Source: Ignavibacteriota bacterium (GTDB taxonomy: Bacteria; Bacteroidota; Ignavibacteria; UBA10030; UBA6906). From it: a stretch of 64,000 nt of DNA. Location: NCBI GenBank assembly GCA_963801355.1, contig CAWDEM010000008.1:864001-928000 (forward strand), given 5' to 3'. Shown here piece after piece: positions 48,601-58,810 of the stretch (position 1 is the stretch's first letter; every line of letters begins with the position of its first letter). A program made the position numbers and the translations under genes. Under the pieces are notes generated by a model. That model worked only from the letters and a program-made list of their open reading frames with translations. It did no database searches and was not told where the DNA came from.

Positions 48601-50535
48601 TCAGTGTGCCAGAATCCACGCGAGGATCGCGACGACGCCTACAAGGAAGACGAGGGCGTAACTTTGTATGAAGCCTGTTTGTACCAGACGGACTGTTCTG
48701 CCGACCACCGCAGTCACGCGCGCGATGGCGTTCACGGTCCAGTCGATCATGTGCACGTCCACGACCCGCCAGAGCAGCTTCTCGGAGCCGGTCACGATCG
48801 GCTTCACAACCGCTGCATCATAGATCTCATCGACATAGTATTTGTTCAGGAGCGTCGTATAGGCCCACCGCACCTTGTGGCTCAGGGTTTCGGGAACCTC
48901 TTTCTTCTTCAGATACCAGCTGCGGGCGATGAAAATGCCGGCCAGCGCAACACCCACGGACATTGCCATGAGGACGTATTCGAGTGCGTGATTCTCTGCG
49001 CCTGCGTGCGGAAGGCGGTCGAGCGCAGGCCTGAAGACAGGCTCGAGCCAGTGCTCAATCGCATTCCCCCCGCCGAGGCTCGCGGGCACGCCGACGATTC
49101 CGCCGACAACAGAGAGGACGGCCAGGATAATCAGCGGAACGGTCATTGTGCGCGGCGCCTCATGCGGGTGCGTGCCGCTTGTCCATCGGGCGTCACCGTC
49201 GAACGTCAACGACACAAGCCGGAACATGTAGAACGCCGTAAGCGCGGCGCCCGTCAACCCTATCGCCCAGAGAATTCCATGGCCGCCGGCGAAGGTCCGC
49301 CAGAGAATTTCATCTTTGCTGAAGAATCCCGAGAAAGGGAAAATCCCCGATATGGCGACCGCACCCGCGAGAAATGTCCAGTAGGTCACGGGCATCGGAC
49401 CCTTCAGGGCGCCCATTTTCTGGATGTTTTGTTCGTCGTGCATCGCATGGATGACGGACCCGGCGCCCAGGAAGAGCAACGCCTTGAAGAACGCGTGGGT
49501 CATGACATGGAAGATGCCTGCGCTGAAGGCCCCCACGCCGAGCGCGAGGAACATATATCCCAGCTGGCTGATCGTGGAATACGCGAGGATCTTCTTGATG
49601 TCATTTTGCACAAGGCCGATTGTCGCGGCGAACAGGGCGGTCCCTGCGCCGATCATCCCGACCACCTGCAGCGAGACCGGGGCGAGGGCAAAAAGGAGCG
49701 AGCAGCGGGCAACCATATAGACGCCGGCGGTGACCATGGTGGCCGCATGGATGAGGGCACTGACCGGAGTCGGACCGGCCATCGCATCGGGCAGCCAGAC
49801 GAACAGCGGGATTTGCGCGGACTTCCCCGTTGCCCCGAGAAAGAGGGCGAGCGTAATTGCCACGAGCACCGGCGAGCCCACGTCGAATTTGCCGGCCTGG
49901 CCGAACACCGATTGGAACTGCAGGGAACCGAACGTCATGAAGATCAGGAACATGCCGATGAGAAATCCGAAATCGCCGATGCGGTTCACAATAAACGCCT
50001 TCTTGGCCGCGTCCGCTGTGGTGCCCTTCTCGAAGTTACGGTCATACCAGAACCCGATCAGCAGATAGGAGCAGAGGCCGACCCCCTCCCAGCCGAGGAA
50101 CAGGAGCAGGAAATTGTCGGCGAGGACCAGGTTCAGCATTGCAAACACAAAAAGGTTCAGGTATGAGAAGAAGCGCCAGAAGCCCGGGTCGCCGTGCATA
50201 TAGCCGATCGAGTAGACATGGATCAGAAAACCCACGCCGGTGACGATCAGGAGCATTGTGACGGAGAGCGGATCGACCTGGTACGCCACCGCCGATTGAA
50301 GTCCGCCGGCGGAAATCCAGGGGAAGAGCGTGAGCACGTGTGTGCGGTTATCGGCGGGGAGCGTGAGGAGTTCTTGCAGCAGGATACAGCCGAACACGAA
50401 CCCTGCCCCGACCGTGGCACTGCCGACCAGTCCGATGAGCCACTCCTTCTTCAGGTAGCGGCCGGCGAGGCCATTGAGGAGGAACCCGATCAGCGGGAGA
50501 AGAACGGCAAGGGGGGCAAGAGCGATTGTGGTCAT
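48601..50535 (-). CDS. nuoL: NADH-quinone oxidoreductase subunit L
   Basis: IHVYSIGYM, GWEGVG, GKSAQIPL..WLPDAMAGPTP, THAFFKALLF. Confidence 0.97.
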   Translation of the reverse strand: MTTIALAPLAVLLPLIGFLLNGLAGRYLKKEWLIGLVGSATVGAGFVFGCILLQELLTLPADNRTHVLTLFPWISAGGLQSAVAYQVDPLSVTMLLIVTGVGFLIHVYSIGYMHGDPGFWRFFSYLNLFVFAMLNLVLADNFLLLFLGWEGVGLCSYLLIGFWYDRNFEKGTTADAAKKAFIVNRIGDFGFLIGMFLIFMTFGSLQFQSVFGQAGKFDVGSPVLVAITLALFLGATGKSAQIPLFVWLPDAMAGPTPVSALIHAATMVTAGVYMVARCSLLFALAPVSLQVVGMIGAGTALFAATIGLVQNDIKKILAYSTISQLGYMFLALGVGAFSAGIFHVMTHAFFKALLFLGAGSVIHAMHDEQNIQKMGALKGPMPVTYWTFLAGAVAISGIFPFSGFFSKDEILWRTFAGGHGILWAIGLTGAALTAFYMFRLVSLTFDGDARWTSGTHPHEAPRTMTVPLIILAVLSVVGGIVGVPASLGGGNAIEHWLEPVFRPALDRLPHAGAENHALEYVLMAMSVGVALAGIFIARSWYLKKKEVPETLSHKVRWAYTTLLNKYYVDEIYDAAVVKPIVTGSEKLLWRVVDVHMIDWTVNAIARVTAVVGRTVRLVQTGFIQSYALVFLVGVVAILAWILAH

Positions 50536-50840
50536 CACCACTTCAGGATATTGATGTCGTCAACGTTCACTGTCTGCTTGTTGCGGTAGAGGGCGATCAC
50601 GATTGCCAGTCCGACGGCAGCTTCGGCAGCCGCCACGGCCATGACGAAAAAGACGAGCGCCTGTCCGGTGATATCCCCGAGGAACGCGGAATAGGCGACC
50701 AGTGTCAGGTTCACCGCATTGAGCATAAGCTCGATGCTCATGAACACCACAATCACGTTCCGGCGCGAAATCACGCCGATCACGCCGATGGCGAAGAGCA
50801 CTGCACTCAATCCCAGGTAGTATGGCAAGGGCACGGACAT
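50535..50840 (-). CDS. nuoK: NADH-quinone oxidoreductase subunit K
   Basis: [22 protein letters not shown]. Confidence 0.97.
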   Translation of the reverse strand: MSVPLPYYLGLSAVLFAIGVIGVISRRNVIVVFMSIELMLNAVNLTLVAYSAFLGDITGQALVFFVMAVAAAEAAVGLAIVIALYRNKQTVNVDDINILKW

Positions 50841-50848
50841 GTGAAGTC

Positions 50849-51364
50849 TCAGGGAGTATGTTTCTTGGCCAGGATAAGAGCGCCGATCACTGCCGCGAAC
50901 AACAGCATTCCTGTCGCCTGCAGCGGCAGCAGGAAGCGGCTAAAGAGCGCGAATCCCATGCTTTCCACGGTTCCGATGGTTGCTGCATCGGGGTGCATGG
51001 GCTGAATGCCGGAAGTCACATGCGTTTCCATGAAGAGGTAGAGCATTTCAAGGGCGAAGGCCAGCACGACACCCGAAGCCATGAGTGTCCGCATGGTGAA
51101 ACGTTCCACCAGTTTTTCCTCGTTGCCCAGATTCAGGAGCATGATCACGAAGACCACGAGCACCATAATTGCGCCCGCATAGACCGCGATCTGCAGCACT
51201 GCGAGCATCTGTGCCCTCAGGAGAAGGTAGAGGCCCGCGAGACAGAAGAAACTCCCGATCAAGCTGACCGCGCTATTGATGGGATTGCGCTGCAGAATCA
51301 TCGCAATAGCGGTCGTGACCGCGGCGGAAGCGAGGAACACGAACACCAACAATTCAGTGATCAC
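50849..51364 (-). CDS. nuoJ: NADH-quinone oxidoreductase subunit J
   Basis: [22 protein letters not shown]. Confidence 0.95.
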   Translation of the reverse strand: MITELLVFVFLASAAVTTAIAMILQRNPINSAVSLIGSFFCLAGLYLLLRAQMLAVLQIAVYAGAIMVLVVFVIMLLNLGNEEKLVERFTMRTLMASGVVLAFALEMLYLFMETHVTSGIQPMHPDAATIGTVESMGFALFSRFLLPLQATGMLLFAAVIGALILAKKHTP

Positions 51365-51408
51365 GCCGGAAACCTTCTGAAAGATGCACTGCGTTGCGTC
51401 AATTTTTT

Positions 51409-51437
51409 ATAGTAAGAGAATTCCTTAAGAGAAGCAA
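51409..51437 (-). promoter_or_regulatory. sigma70 promoter of the nuoJ operon
   Basis: TTGCTT-17 nt-TACTAT. Confidence 0.6.
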
Positions 51438-51522
51438 AACCACGGGGGTCGCTTTGCATCCGCAGTTCGGGCCCGTTGAGCCAGGATATTTGCTCCGGTG
51501 CGCCGGGGATGCATTTCCCCGC

Positions 51523-52029
51523 TCACCGGAAATAGTAGTGAAACCCGAGCTGGGGCAGAGGTAACACCGTCCCGTCACTGAAATAGGTAAAGAGCAATTC
51601 CAGGGTCGCATGGAATCCAGGGCCGGCATAGGCTTCGCCGCCCAGACCGACGCCCATGCGCGACGGGCCGTCCATGTCATTGTGGCCCGACTTCCCGCTA
51701 TAGAAATGCGAACCGCCTGCAGCTGCGAAGAAACGGATGTTACGGGAGCGCGAAAGATCCACCTGGACCTCGCCACCAACGGAGTAGGACATGCGGTCAT
51801 CGACTTTGATGATGCCGCCGACGATCTGATAGCTGAGGATCGACGGCAGATGGTGCCGGAAACTCAGGCCGACCCCGGTGGCCGGGCCACCCGAAAAGCC
51901 CAGACCGAACACATTCCTCGGCAGATCCTGCGCGGCGTCCCGGTCGGGCAGGACGACCTGTGCGGCCAACGGACCCGCGGCCAGGGTCAACGCAACGATC
52001 AGCAACAGTGCGGTTCTCATCGACGTCAT
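51523..52029 (-). CDS. Small putative outer-membrane beta-barrel protein
   Basis: Signal peptide ..LAA-Q, Gly/aromatic strands, C-terminal GFHYYFR; ATGA-coupled to the permease. Confidence 0.65.
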   Translation of the reverse strand: MTSMRTALLLIVALTLAAGPLAAQVVLPDRDAAQDLPRNVFGLGFSGGPATGVGLSFRHHLPSILSYQIVGGIIKVDDRMSYSVGGEVQVDLSRSRNIRFFAAAGGSHFYSGKSGHNDMDGPSRMGVGLGGEAYAGPGFHATLELLFTYFSDGTVLPLPQLGFHYYFR

Positions 52030-53273
52030 CCGTTCTTGATCCATCGGTAGATTTCCTTGAGTTTCGGACTCTTTCCCGTGGAGAGGATACCGATTCTGAA
52101 GATCCTCCCGGCGGCCACCATGGCCAGGGAAATCGAAACTATCATGACTACGATCGTCAGCAGTATTTCCCAGAGCGCAGGCATCTGGATGGGGATGCGC
52201 AGGGCCATCATGGTCGGCGTGAGAAACGGAATGTATGTCAGAACCTTGATCCATGAGGCATCCGGGTTCTTCATAGCCGGCAACGCAAGAACGATCGGGA
52301 GTATCAGGAAGAGCACAAGGTACGACGTGATCTGCTGGGCTTCCTGCTCGGTGTTCAGCGGCGAGCCCGCAGCGATGAAGATCGCCGCATAGAACAGGTA
52401 CCCAAGAATGAAGTAGATGAGCAGGAGAAACGCATGGCTGAGGTCGACCAATTGGATGCCGAACTGCAACGATCCGGCAACGGCAATAAGGGCCCAGAAT
52501 CCCATCTGCGTCAACCCGAGTCCACTCAGCCCGAGCACCTTCCCGGCCATCAACTCCGTGGGGGAGCAGGAGGAGACCAGCACTTCGACAATCCGGTTGG
52601 ATTTTTCCTCGATCACACTCCGCACGAGCATCTGTCCCGATGTCACGATCAGGAGGAAGAGCATCATCAGGAAGACATACGCAGAAAGGAACACGCGTTC
52701 GAAGCCCGCGTCTTCCCTCTTCCCTTCCTCGGAGATCTTCACCATGCGGACATCCAACTTGGGAGAAAGCTGGCGGATGACGTCGGGATCCAGGCCGAGT
52801 GCCTGCACCCGTTTCTCCGCGACGATGGACTTCAGGTTCTCCTCGATGCGTGCGACGATCGCAAAATCGCCCACGCTCTTCGAACGGTACTCGACCACGG
52901 TATCGCTCCCCCCCTGCGGAACGATGAAATAGCCGTCGATCGCATCCTCGGCGATCCGGCGGTTTGCGTCCTCCACGGCGGCGTGCAGCTCGATACCGCT
53001 GCCGACGGCCAGCGGCAGGACGATGTAGTTCGGCTGCTTGTTTTTCAGGAGGTACCGGCTCTGAAGGCGTTGCGCAAACTCCTCATAGACCTTTCCTGCC
53101 GGATCAATCACCCCGATCACCCGGCTCTCTTCATCCTCCTCCGACACGAACAACGTCGGGAGCACACCCATGCCGATCATGATCAACGGCGTAAAGAGCA
53201 AGCCGAAGAGGAAGATCTTGCTCTTGACTTTCTCCATATATTCCCAGCGGGCGACGGCAAGGATCTTCTTCAT
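52026..53273 (-). CDS. ABC-2 exporter permease (NatB/YhaP-like)
   Basis: SVIEEKSNRIVEVLVSS..LMAGKVLG, IPFLTP; large extracytoplasmic loop. Confidence 0.9.
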   Translation of the reverse strand: MKKILAVARWEYMEKVKSKIFLFGLLFTPLIMIGMGVLPTLFVSEEDEESRVIGVIDPAGKVYEEFAQRLQSRYLLKNKQPNYIVLPLAVGSGIELHAAVEDANRRIAEDAIDGYFIVPQGGSDTVVEYRSKSVGDFAIVARIEENLKSIVAEKRVQALGLDPDVIRQLSPKLDVRMVKISEEGKREDAGFERVFLSAYVFLMMLFLLIVTSGQMLVRSVIEEKSNRIVEVLVSSCSPTELMAGKVLGLSGLGLTQMGFWALIAVAGSLQFGIQLVDLSHAFLLLIYFILGYLFYAAIFIAAGSPLNTEQEAQQITSYLVLFLILPIVLALPAMKNPDASWIKVLTYIPFLTPTMMALRIPIQMPALWEILLTIVVMIVSISLAMVAAGRIFRIGILSTGKSPKLKEIYRWIKNG

Positions 53274-54193
53274 GCCGCACCCCCCTTCTCCGTTACGGCA
53301 TCATGTGTCGCACCGACAGTGTTCAAAAATATCGCGTGCAGCGACGGCTCGAGCAGTTCCACCTTACGCAATTCCAGGCGGGGGTTGATTGCCGCAATCA
53401 CGTCACGGGGTGTCACGCCGGGGAGCAGCTCCATCTCGGCGCTGTGCTCATATAGCATCACGTTCTGCACGCCGACCAGCGTGGCAAGGAAAGACCCGTC
53501 ACCGTCGAAGTCCATGTGCAGAGAATTCTTACCGTACCGCTTCTTCACCTCGCGCACTGAACCTCCGAGCACCACACGCCCTTTGTTGATGAGACAGAGG
53601 GCGTCGCTCAGGCGTTCCGCCTGGTCCATCTGATGCGTCGAGAAAATGATCGCCTTTCCCTGTTGCTTCAGCTCGAGCAGAATATCCTTGAAGATGTTCT
53701 GGTTCACGGGGTCCAGCCCCGAGAAGGGTTCATCCAGCACAACGAAAGCGGGATCATGCATGACCGCTGCGATGAACTGAACTTTTTGCTGGTTCCCTTT
53801 GGAGAGTTCTTCGACCTTGCGTTGTGCCGACTGTTCCAGGCCGAGACGTTCCAGCCACGACATCACGATCGTTCTGGCCTTCGACCGCTGCATTCCGCGC
53901 AGTTCGGCGAAGTACAGAAGTGTGTCCATGAGCCGGCTCTTCTTGTAGAGGCCGCGTTCTTCGGGAAGATAGCCGAGCATATTGCGGGTGGCTTCGCTGA
54001 ACGCCGCCCCGTCATAAGTGACTGTTCCGCTGTCGGGCTCCAGGATGTGCAATATCATGCGGATCGTGGTCGTCTTTCCGGCTCCGTTCGGTCCCAGGAG
54101 ACCGAAGATCGATCCGCCGGGAACATCGAAGGACACGCCGTCGACCGCCACGACGGTGCTGAATTGCTTTCTCAGCAGTTGAACAGAGAGCAT
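53270..54193 (-). CDS. ABC exporter ATPase (NatA/YhaQ-like)
   Basis: GPNGAGKT, GYLPEERGLY, LSKGNQQK, LDEPFSGLDPVN. Confidence 0.93.
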   Translation of the reverse strand: MLSVQLLRKQFSTVVAVDGVSFDVPGGSIFGLLGPNGAGKTTTIRMILHILEPDSGTVTYDGAAFSEATRNMLGYLPEERGLYKKSRLMDTLLYFAELRGMQRSKARTIVMSWLERLGLEQSAQRKVEELSKGNQQKVQFIAAVMHDPAFVVLDEPFSGLDPVNQNIFKDILLELKQQGKAIIFSTHQMDQAERLSDALCLINKGRVVLGGSVREVKKRYGKNSLHMDFDGDGSFLATLVGVQNVMLYEHSAEMELLPGVTPRDVIAAINPRLELRKVELLEPSLHAIFLNTVGATHDAVTEKGGAA

Positions 54194-54215
54194 GCATTCT
54201 CCTTTGGGGGTCGCT

Positions 54216-55511
54216 CTATGGCGTCAAGCGATAGATCATGCGGGGGAACGGGATCGCCTCGCGCAGGTGATCCAGGCCGCAGATCCAGGACACGGTACGC
54301 TCGACGCCCAGCCCGAACCCGGCATGAGGCACACTCCCGAACCGCCGGAGGTCCAGATACCAATCGAAGGCCTCCTGGGGAAGGTTGTGTTCTTTGATGC
54401 GGGCGACGAGTGCATCGTAATCGTCTTCGCGCTGGCTCCCGCCGATAATCTCACCGTATCCTTCCGGGGCAAGCACATCGACAGCGAGTGCGACCCTGGG
54501 GTTGAGCGGATCACGTTTCATGTAGAACGCCTTCACCTCCGAAGGATACCGGTGTACCATGACCGGACGGTCGAACTGTTCGGAGACCACGGTCTCATCG
54601 GTGCCGCCCAGGTCGTTTCCCCACTCGAACGGGATACCCTTCTGATGGAGGATCTCAACGGCCTGATCGTAGGAAATGCGCGGGAACGGCCGGCGCACGC
54701 GTTCAAGCTTCGCAGTGTCCCTCTCCAGTGTTTTGAGCTCTGCACTCCTGTTTTTCAGAACGGTCTGGACGATGTGCTCGAGGAACTCCTCGGCGAGATC
54801 CATATTGTCGTCCAGGTCGTTGAAGGCTACCTCGGGTTCCACCATCCAGAATTCCGTGAGATGGCGGCGCGTCTTGGATTTCTCCGCACGGAATGTCGGC
54901 CCGAACACGTACACCTTCCCGAGAGCCATAGCTCCGGCTTCGCCATAGAGCTGGCCTGACTGGGTGAGGTATGCCTTGCCCAGATCAAAGTAATTGGTTT
55001 CAAACAACGTGGAAGTTCCCTCGCATGCCGCCGGCGTGAAAATCGGCGCGTCCATCAAGACGAAACCCCGGCTGTCGAAGAAGTCGCGGATGGAGCGGAT
55101 CACTTCATGGCGGATGCGCATGATCGCGTGCTGCCGGCTGGACCGGAGCCAGAGATGACGGCGATCCATCAGGAATTCAATCCCGTGCTCCTTCGGCGTG
55201 ATCGGATATTCGTGTGCGATATGGATGATGCGGATATCCGTGACATCCATTTCGAAACCGCCCGGGGCTCGCTGCTCCTGGCGGACCTTGCCGGTCATGG
55301 AGAATGATGATTCCTGTGTGAGCTCGTCAAACCTGTTGAACACCTCTTCCGGCACGGCCGCTTTTGCAAGGACTCCCTGAACAAGGCCGGACCCGTCGCG
55401 CATGACCAGAAAGCGGATCTTGCCGCTGGAGCGTTTATTGTAGAGCCAGCCATACAGGGTGAGAGTTTCGCCGATGTGGTGTGGCAGTTCCTCGATGGTA
55501 ATCCGTTTCAT
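54216..55511 (-). CDS. asnS: Asparagine-tRNA ligase
   Basis: [45 protein letters not shown]. Confidence 0.96.
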   Translation of the reverse strand: MKRITIEELPHHIGETLTLYGWLYNKRSSGKIRFLVMRDGSGLVQGVLAKAAVPEEVFNRFDELTQESSFSMTGKVRQEQRAPGGFEMDVTDIRIIHIAHEYPITPKEHGIEFLMDRRHLWLRSSRQHAIMRIRHEVIRSIRDFFDSRGFVLMDAPIFTPAACEGTSTLFETNYFDLGKAYLTQSGQLYGEAGAMALGKVYVFGPTFRAEKSKTRRHLTEFWMVEPEVAFNDLDDNMDLAEEFLEHIVQTVLKNRSAELKTLERDTAKLERVRRPFPRISYDQAVEILHQKGIPFEWGNDLGGTDETVVSEQFDRPVMVHRYPSEVKAFYMKRDPLNPRVALAVDVLAPEGYGEIIGGSQREDDYDALVARIKEHNLPQEAFDWYLDLRRFGSVPHAGFGLGVERTVSWICGLDHLREAIPFPRMIYRLTP

Positions 55512-55558
55512 ACAATCGCCTTTGAACAGAACGGGGGGAAAACGCACAAATCGGGGTA

Positions 55559-55587
55559 AAGATACGCAAATAATCCGACAGGAGCAA
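55559..55587 (-). promoter_or_regulatory. Putative asnS promoter
   Basis: TTGCTC-17 nt-TATCTT. Confidence 0.55.
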
Positions 55588-55616
55588 TCTGTCGCGGCGG
55601 TCAGGGCTGGGACAGG

Positions 55617-55722
55617 GTGGGACACGGCCGGGGTCAACACTATCGCGGGGGCAGGGTCAATAGTGGGACACGGCCGGGGTCAACACTATCGGGGGGGCAT
55701 GGTCAAAGTGGGACACGGCCGG
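55617..55722. repeat. 46/45-nt G-rich tandem repeat (2.3 copies)
   Basis: GTGGGACACGGCCGGGGTCAACACTATCG.GGGGGCA.GGTCAA starts at 55617 and 55663, with a partial copy at 55708. Confidence 0.92.
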
Positions 55723-55767
55723 TGGGTGGACTGGCTCAGGGCTGAGTTGGTGACAGTATGGAGGGTG

Positions 55768-56694
55768 TCAGCTGAGGGCGAGCATTCGTTGAATCGGGAC
55801 GAGGGCGCGCTCCATCAATGCCGGATCGAGGTCTATCTGGGGAGAACGGTCCACCATGCAGCGGTGGAGTTTTTCGAGTGTGTTGAGTTTCATGTACGGG
55901 CAGTTATTACAGGCACAGTTCGCCTCGGGTGGTGCTGGGATGAATTCTTTTGCGGGAGCCGCTTTTTTCATCTGGTGGATGATGCCAGGTTCAGTGGCGA
56001 CGATGAAGCGCCTTCCTATCGAATGGGTGACGTGCCGCAGGAGGGCCGAGGTGGAACCGATAAAAGCCGCACGTGCCAGCACGGGTTCTTCGCATTCAGG
56101 GTGGGCGATGATCTCCGCATCGGGGTTCTCGATCTGGAGAGCCAGGATCTTCTTGATGCTGAATGTCTCATGCACGATGCACGAACCGTTCCAGAGGAGC
56201 ATATCTCTTCCAGTCTTCTTGCTGAGGAACCGTCCGAGGTTTCTGTCCGGGGCAAAAAAGATCGGCTTCTCGGCAGGGATCTGGGAGATGATTTTCTCGG
56301 CATTGCTGGATGTGCAGATGATATCGCTTTCCGCCTTGACTTCTGCGGAGCAGTTGATATAGGTGATCGAGACGTGATCCGGGAATTGCCGTCGCATTTC
56401 GCGGAAAGCGTCGGCAGGGCATCCTTCGGCCAGGGAGCAGCCGGCATTCACGTCAGGTATAAGAACTTGCTTCGTCGGGCTGAGAATCTTGGCGGTTTCA
56501 GCCATAAAATGCACCCCGGCGAAGACGATGACATCAGCACTTGTCGACGCAGCCCGTCGCGACAGATCCAGACTGTCTCCAATGAAGTCCGCTATGTCCT
56601 GGATTTCCGGTTCCTGGTAATAGTGGGCAAGGATCACCGCGTTCATGTCGCGTTTCAACTTCGTGATCTTCGACAGGTATTCGTTGTTTGTCAT
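55768..56694 (-). CDS. nadA: Quinolinate synthase
   Basis: [41 protein letters not shown]. Confidence 0.96.
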   Translation of the reverse strand: MTNNEYLSKITKLKRDMNAVILAHYYQEPEIQDIADFIGDSLDLSRRAASTSADVIVFAGVHFMAETAKILSPTKQVLIPDVNAGCSLAEGCPADAFREMRRQFPDHVSITYINCSAEVKAESDIICTSSNAEKIISQIPAEKPIFFAPDRNLGRFLSKKTGRDMLLWNGSCIVHETFSIKKILALQIENPDAEIIAHPECEEPVLARAAFIGSTSALLRHVTHSIGRRFIVATEPGIIHQMKKAAPAKEFIPAPPEANCACNNCPYMKLNTLEKLHRCMVDRSPQIDLDPALMERALVPIQRMLALS

Positions 56695-56720
56695 ATTCAA
56701 TCTCAACTATTCCGGGTCAT

Positions 56721-57848
56721 TCAATGCTCCCGGAGCATGCGCCGGGCAGCTTCCAGAACCTCGCTCACGGTAATACTTTCTATGGTCCCCGACCCACCCC
56801 TAATATAACAATTTCTCTCTCCAGGCGGTGCCCACTGCCGCGGATCTGTCGGACCGAAGAGCGACAGCACCGGCGTGCCCACAGCCGCTCCGACATGCAT
56901 GATGCCCGTATCGTTGGACACAAGGAGATCTACCGATGAAAGGATTGAAGCAACCTTCCTAATTGGTTGATTCTCAATAAATTGCACTGGTATAGATAGA
57001 TTCCTCCTGAGATCTTCCACTGGTTCATCGTCCATTGGTCCTTTGACCACAATGATGGCACAGCCGTCGTGCTGGTACAGGCTTTCAATTACCTTTGCGA
57101 AGAAAGCCGCCGGCCAGCGATTGGGTGCCTTCCCGGCGCCTGGATGGAATGCCACCACCCGTTGTGCTCCCGCCCTTATCGAATCAACTGCCGTGCTCCC
57201 ATATGCGATCTCTTCGGGGGACAAGGTGAGCTCCAGCGATTGGTCCGGGACACCCAGGGAGATGTCGCGGCAGGTATCCATGTTCCTGAGGGTCTGATGC
57301 CGTTCAGGCTTGTCCGCCCAAGCCAGGGGGACTGGATGGGTGTACAGGAAGGCAGCCGGGTTTTCTTTTCCTTCCAGCGAACCCGGGCCGATCCGCCACC
57401 GGGCCCCCGAAAGGTATGCCAGAATATCGCTCGTCAACGACATGGAGACAGTCGAAGGAACAATCGCCAGATCGAACCTGCATGCGCGCAGAGAACCGAT
57501 AAACTTCCGCAGCGCCCTGATTCTGATCCATTTGCCCGGGAGAAACTCGCGCTTGTCATACTTGATGACGCCGTCCAGGAGACGGTGGTGGAGCATGACC
57601 TCGTGATTCACGGGACTTGTCATAAGGATAAGCCGGCATTCGGGAAAGCGGCTACGGAGTACTCTGAGGAGGGGGACAACACAGAGCATATCCCCCAGCT
57701 GGTTGTGCTGACGTACCACAAGGATGGAGTGAACCTGTGCCGGGTCGATGGGCGAGCTCTTCCCCGTGCGCACAAGAGCGCGGCCGAGAGCAACCGCCAA
57801 CCGTTTTACTCTGGCTTCACCCGGACGCAGCAAGGAGGAAAACGCCAT
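56721..57848 (-). CDS. Glycosyltransferase family 9 (heptosyltransferase-like)
   Basis: LGDML, FHPGAG..RWP, NDTGIMHVGAAVG..LFGPT. Confidence 0.9.
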   Translation of the reverse strand: MAFSSLLRPGEARVKRLAVALGRALVRTGKSSPIDPAQVHSILVVRQHNQLGDMLCVVPLLRVLRSRFPECRLILMTSPVNHEVMLHHRLLDGVIKYDKREFLPGKWIRIRALRKFIGSLRACRFDLAIVPSTVSMSLTSDILAYLSGARWRIGPGSLEGKENPAAFLYTHPVPLAWADKPERHQTLRNMDTCRDISLGVPDQSLELTLSPEEIAYGSTAVDSIRAGAQRVVAFHPGAGKAPNRWPAAFFAKVIESLYQHDGCAIIVVKGPMDDEPVEDLRRNLSIPVQFIENQPIRKVASILSSVDLLVSNDTGIMHVGAAVGTPVLSLFGPTDPRQWAPPGERNCYIRGGSGTIESITVSEVLEAARRMLREH

Positions 57849-57850
57849 CG

Positions 57851-58093
57851 TCAGGACGACTTGGGAGGTTCTTCAGGTGATCGTTCCGGGGGACTCTCGA
57901 GATCCTCAAATTGGGCATCCTGGATGTTCTCCTCCAGGAAGTCATCGGGCGGCCGGGGCGCTGCGGGATCCGGCGGTGTTGCGCCGACATCCTCTTCCGG
58001 GCCGGTGGTGCGCTTGATGTTCATGAACGAACGGAAGATGCGGAAGGCCAGCCAGGCAATCACCGCCAACAGCACCACGCGAAGTATCGACAT
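57851..58093 (-). CDS. Small membrane-anchored hypothetical protein
   Basis: N-terminal TM, acidic tail with IQDAQFEDL; SD AAAGGAG; tight operon packing. Confidence 0.7.
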   Translation of the reverse strand: MSILRVVLLAVIAWLAFRIFRSFMNIKRTTGPEEDVGATPPDPAAPRPPDDFLEENIQDAQFEDLESPPERSPEEPPKSS

Positions 58094-58104
58094 CTTTTCT
58101 CCTT

Positions 58105-58785
58105 TCAGGGTACCCGCCGCGGGTTGTAGTATTCCACGGGGGCGCGCGTCGGCCTGAAGATCTCACGTACAAGATCCTCGTAGTGCTCCTGGTTCCCCAC
58201 AAAGTCAATCTCCGTCGAATTCACGATCAACAACGGGGTGGCTTTGTACCGGAAGAAGAAGTAGTTGTAGGCCTCTGCAAGGTCCTTTATATAGCGCTCA
58301 CTCATGTACGTTTCGATTGAACGTGCCCGGCTACGGATGTTTTGCATGAGCCGCTCAACATTTGACTGCAGGTACACCACCAGGTCTGGTGTGGCGACGT
58401 TGTGCTCGATGCTCCCGACGAGCGTTTCGTACAGTTTCAGCTCTTCATCCTGAAGATTCAGATATGCAAAAATTTTGTCCTTCTCAAAAATGTAGTCCGT
58501 CACCAGTATCTGCTGGAAGAGGTCTCCCTGGTACAGGTTCCGCTGCTGTTTGTAGCGCGTCAGCAGAAAGAAAATCTGCGTCTGGAAGGCGTAGCGTTCA
58601 GGATCCCGGTAGAAATCCTTCAGAAATGGATTTTCCTCAAACTGTTCGAGCACAACCCGCGCGCCGATTGTTTGTGCAAGCTTCGTCGCCAGCGTGGTCT
58701 TGCCCGCACCGATCACCCCTTCTACCGCGATATGGTGCAGATCGCTGTGTGCCACAAGTTCTTCTATGGTTTCCTGCTTTGCCAC
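58105..58785 (-). CDS. Deoxynucleoside kinase
   Basis: IAVEGVIGAGKTT, NPFLKDFY, AFQTQIFFL, PDLVVYL. Confidence 0.93.
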   Translation of the reverse strand: MAKQETIEELVAHSDLHHIAVEGVIGAGKTTLATKLAQTIGARVVLEQFEENPFLKDFYRDPERYAFQTQIFFLLTRYKQQRNLYQGDLFQQILVTDYIFEKDKIFAYLNLQDEELKLYETLVGSIEHNVATPDLVVYLQSNVERLMQNIRSRARSIETYMSERYIKDLAEAYNYFFFRYKATPLLIVNSTEIDFVGNQEHYEDLVREIFRPTRAPVEYYNPRRVP

Positions 58786-58810
58786 GGGTGGTCCTTACCC
58801 TGGTGAGACC

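Noticed and set aside
48340-50166. Long plus-strand ORFs (608 aa here; also 15399-16691, 20161-21438, 31015-32391, 55459-56808)
   Set aside because: They are antisense shadows of conserved genes, expected from GC-rich codon bias, and have no motifs.
47005-50535. '2M' complex I with a duplicated NuoM
   Set aside because: There is only one nuoM, the extra gene is not Mrp-type, and the NuoL C-terminal helix shows no obvious insertion.
55617-55722. Possible mini CRISPR array
   Set aside because: The units are whole tandem copies with no unique spacers, and no cas genes are present.
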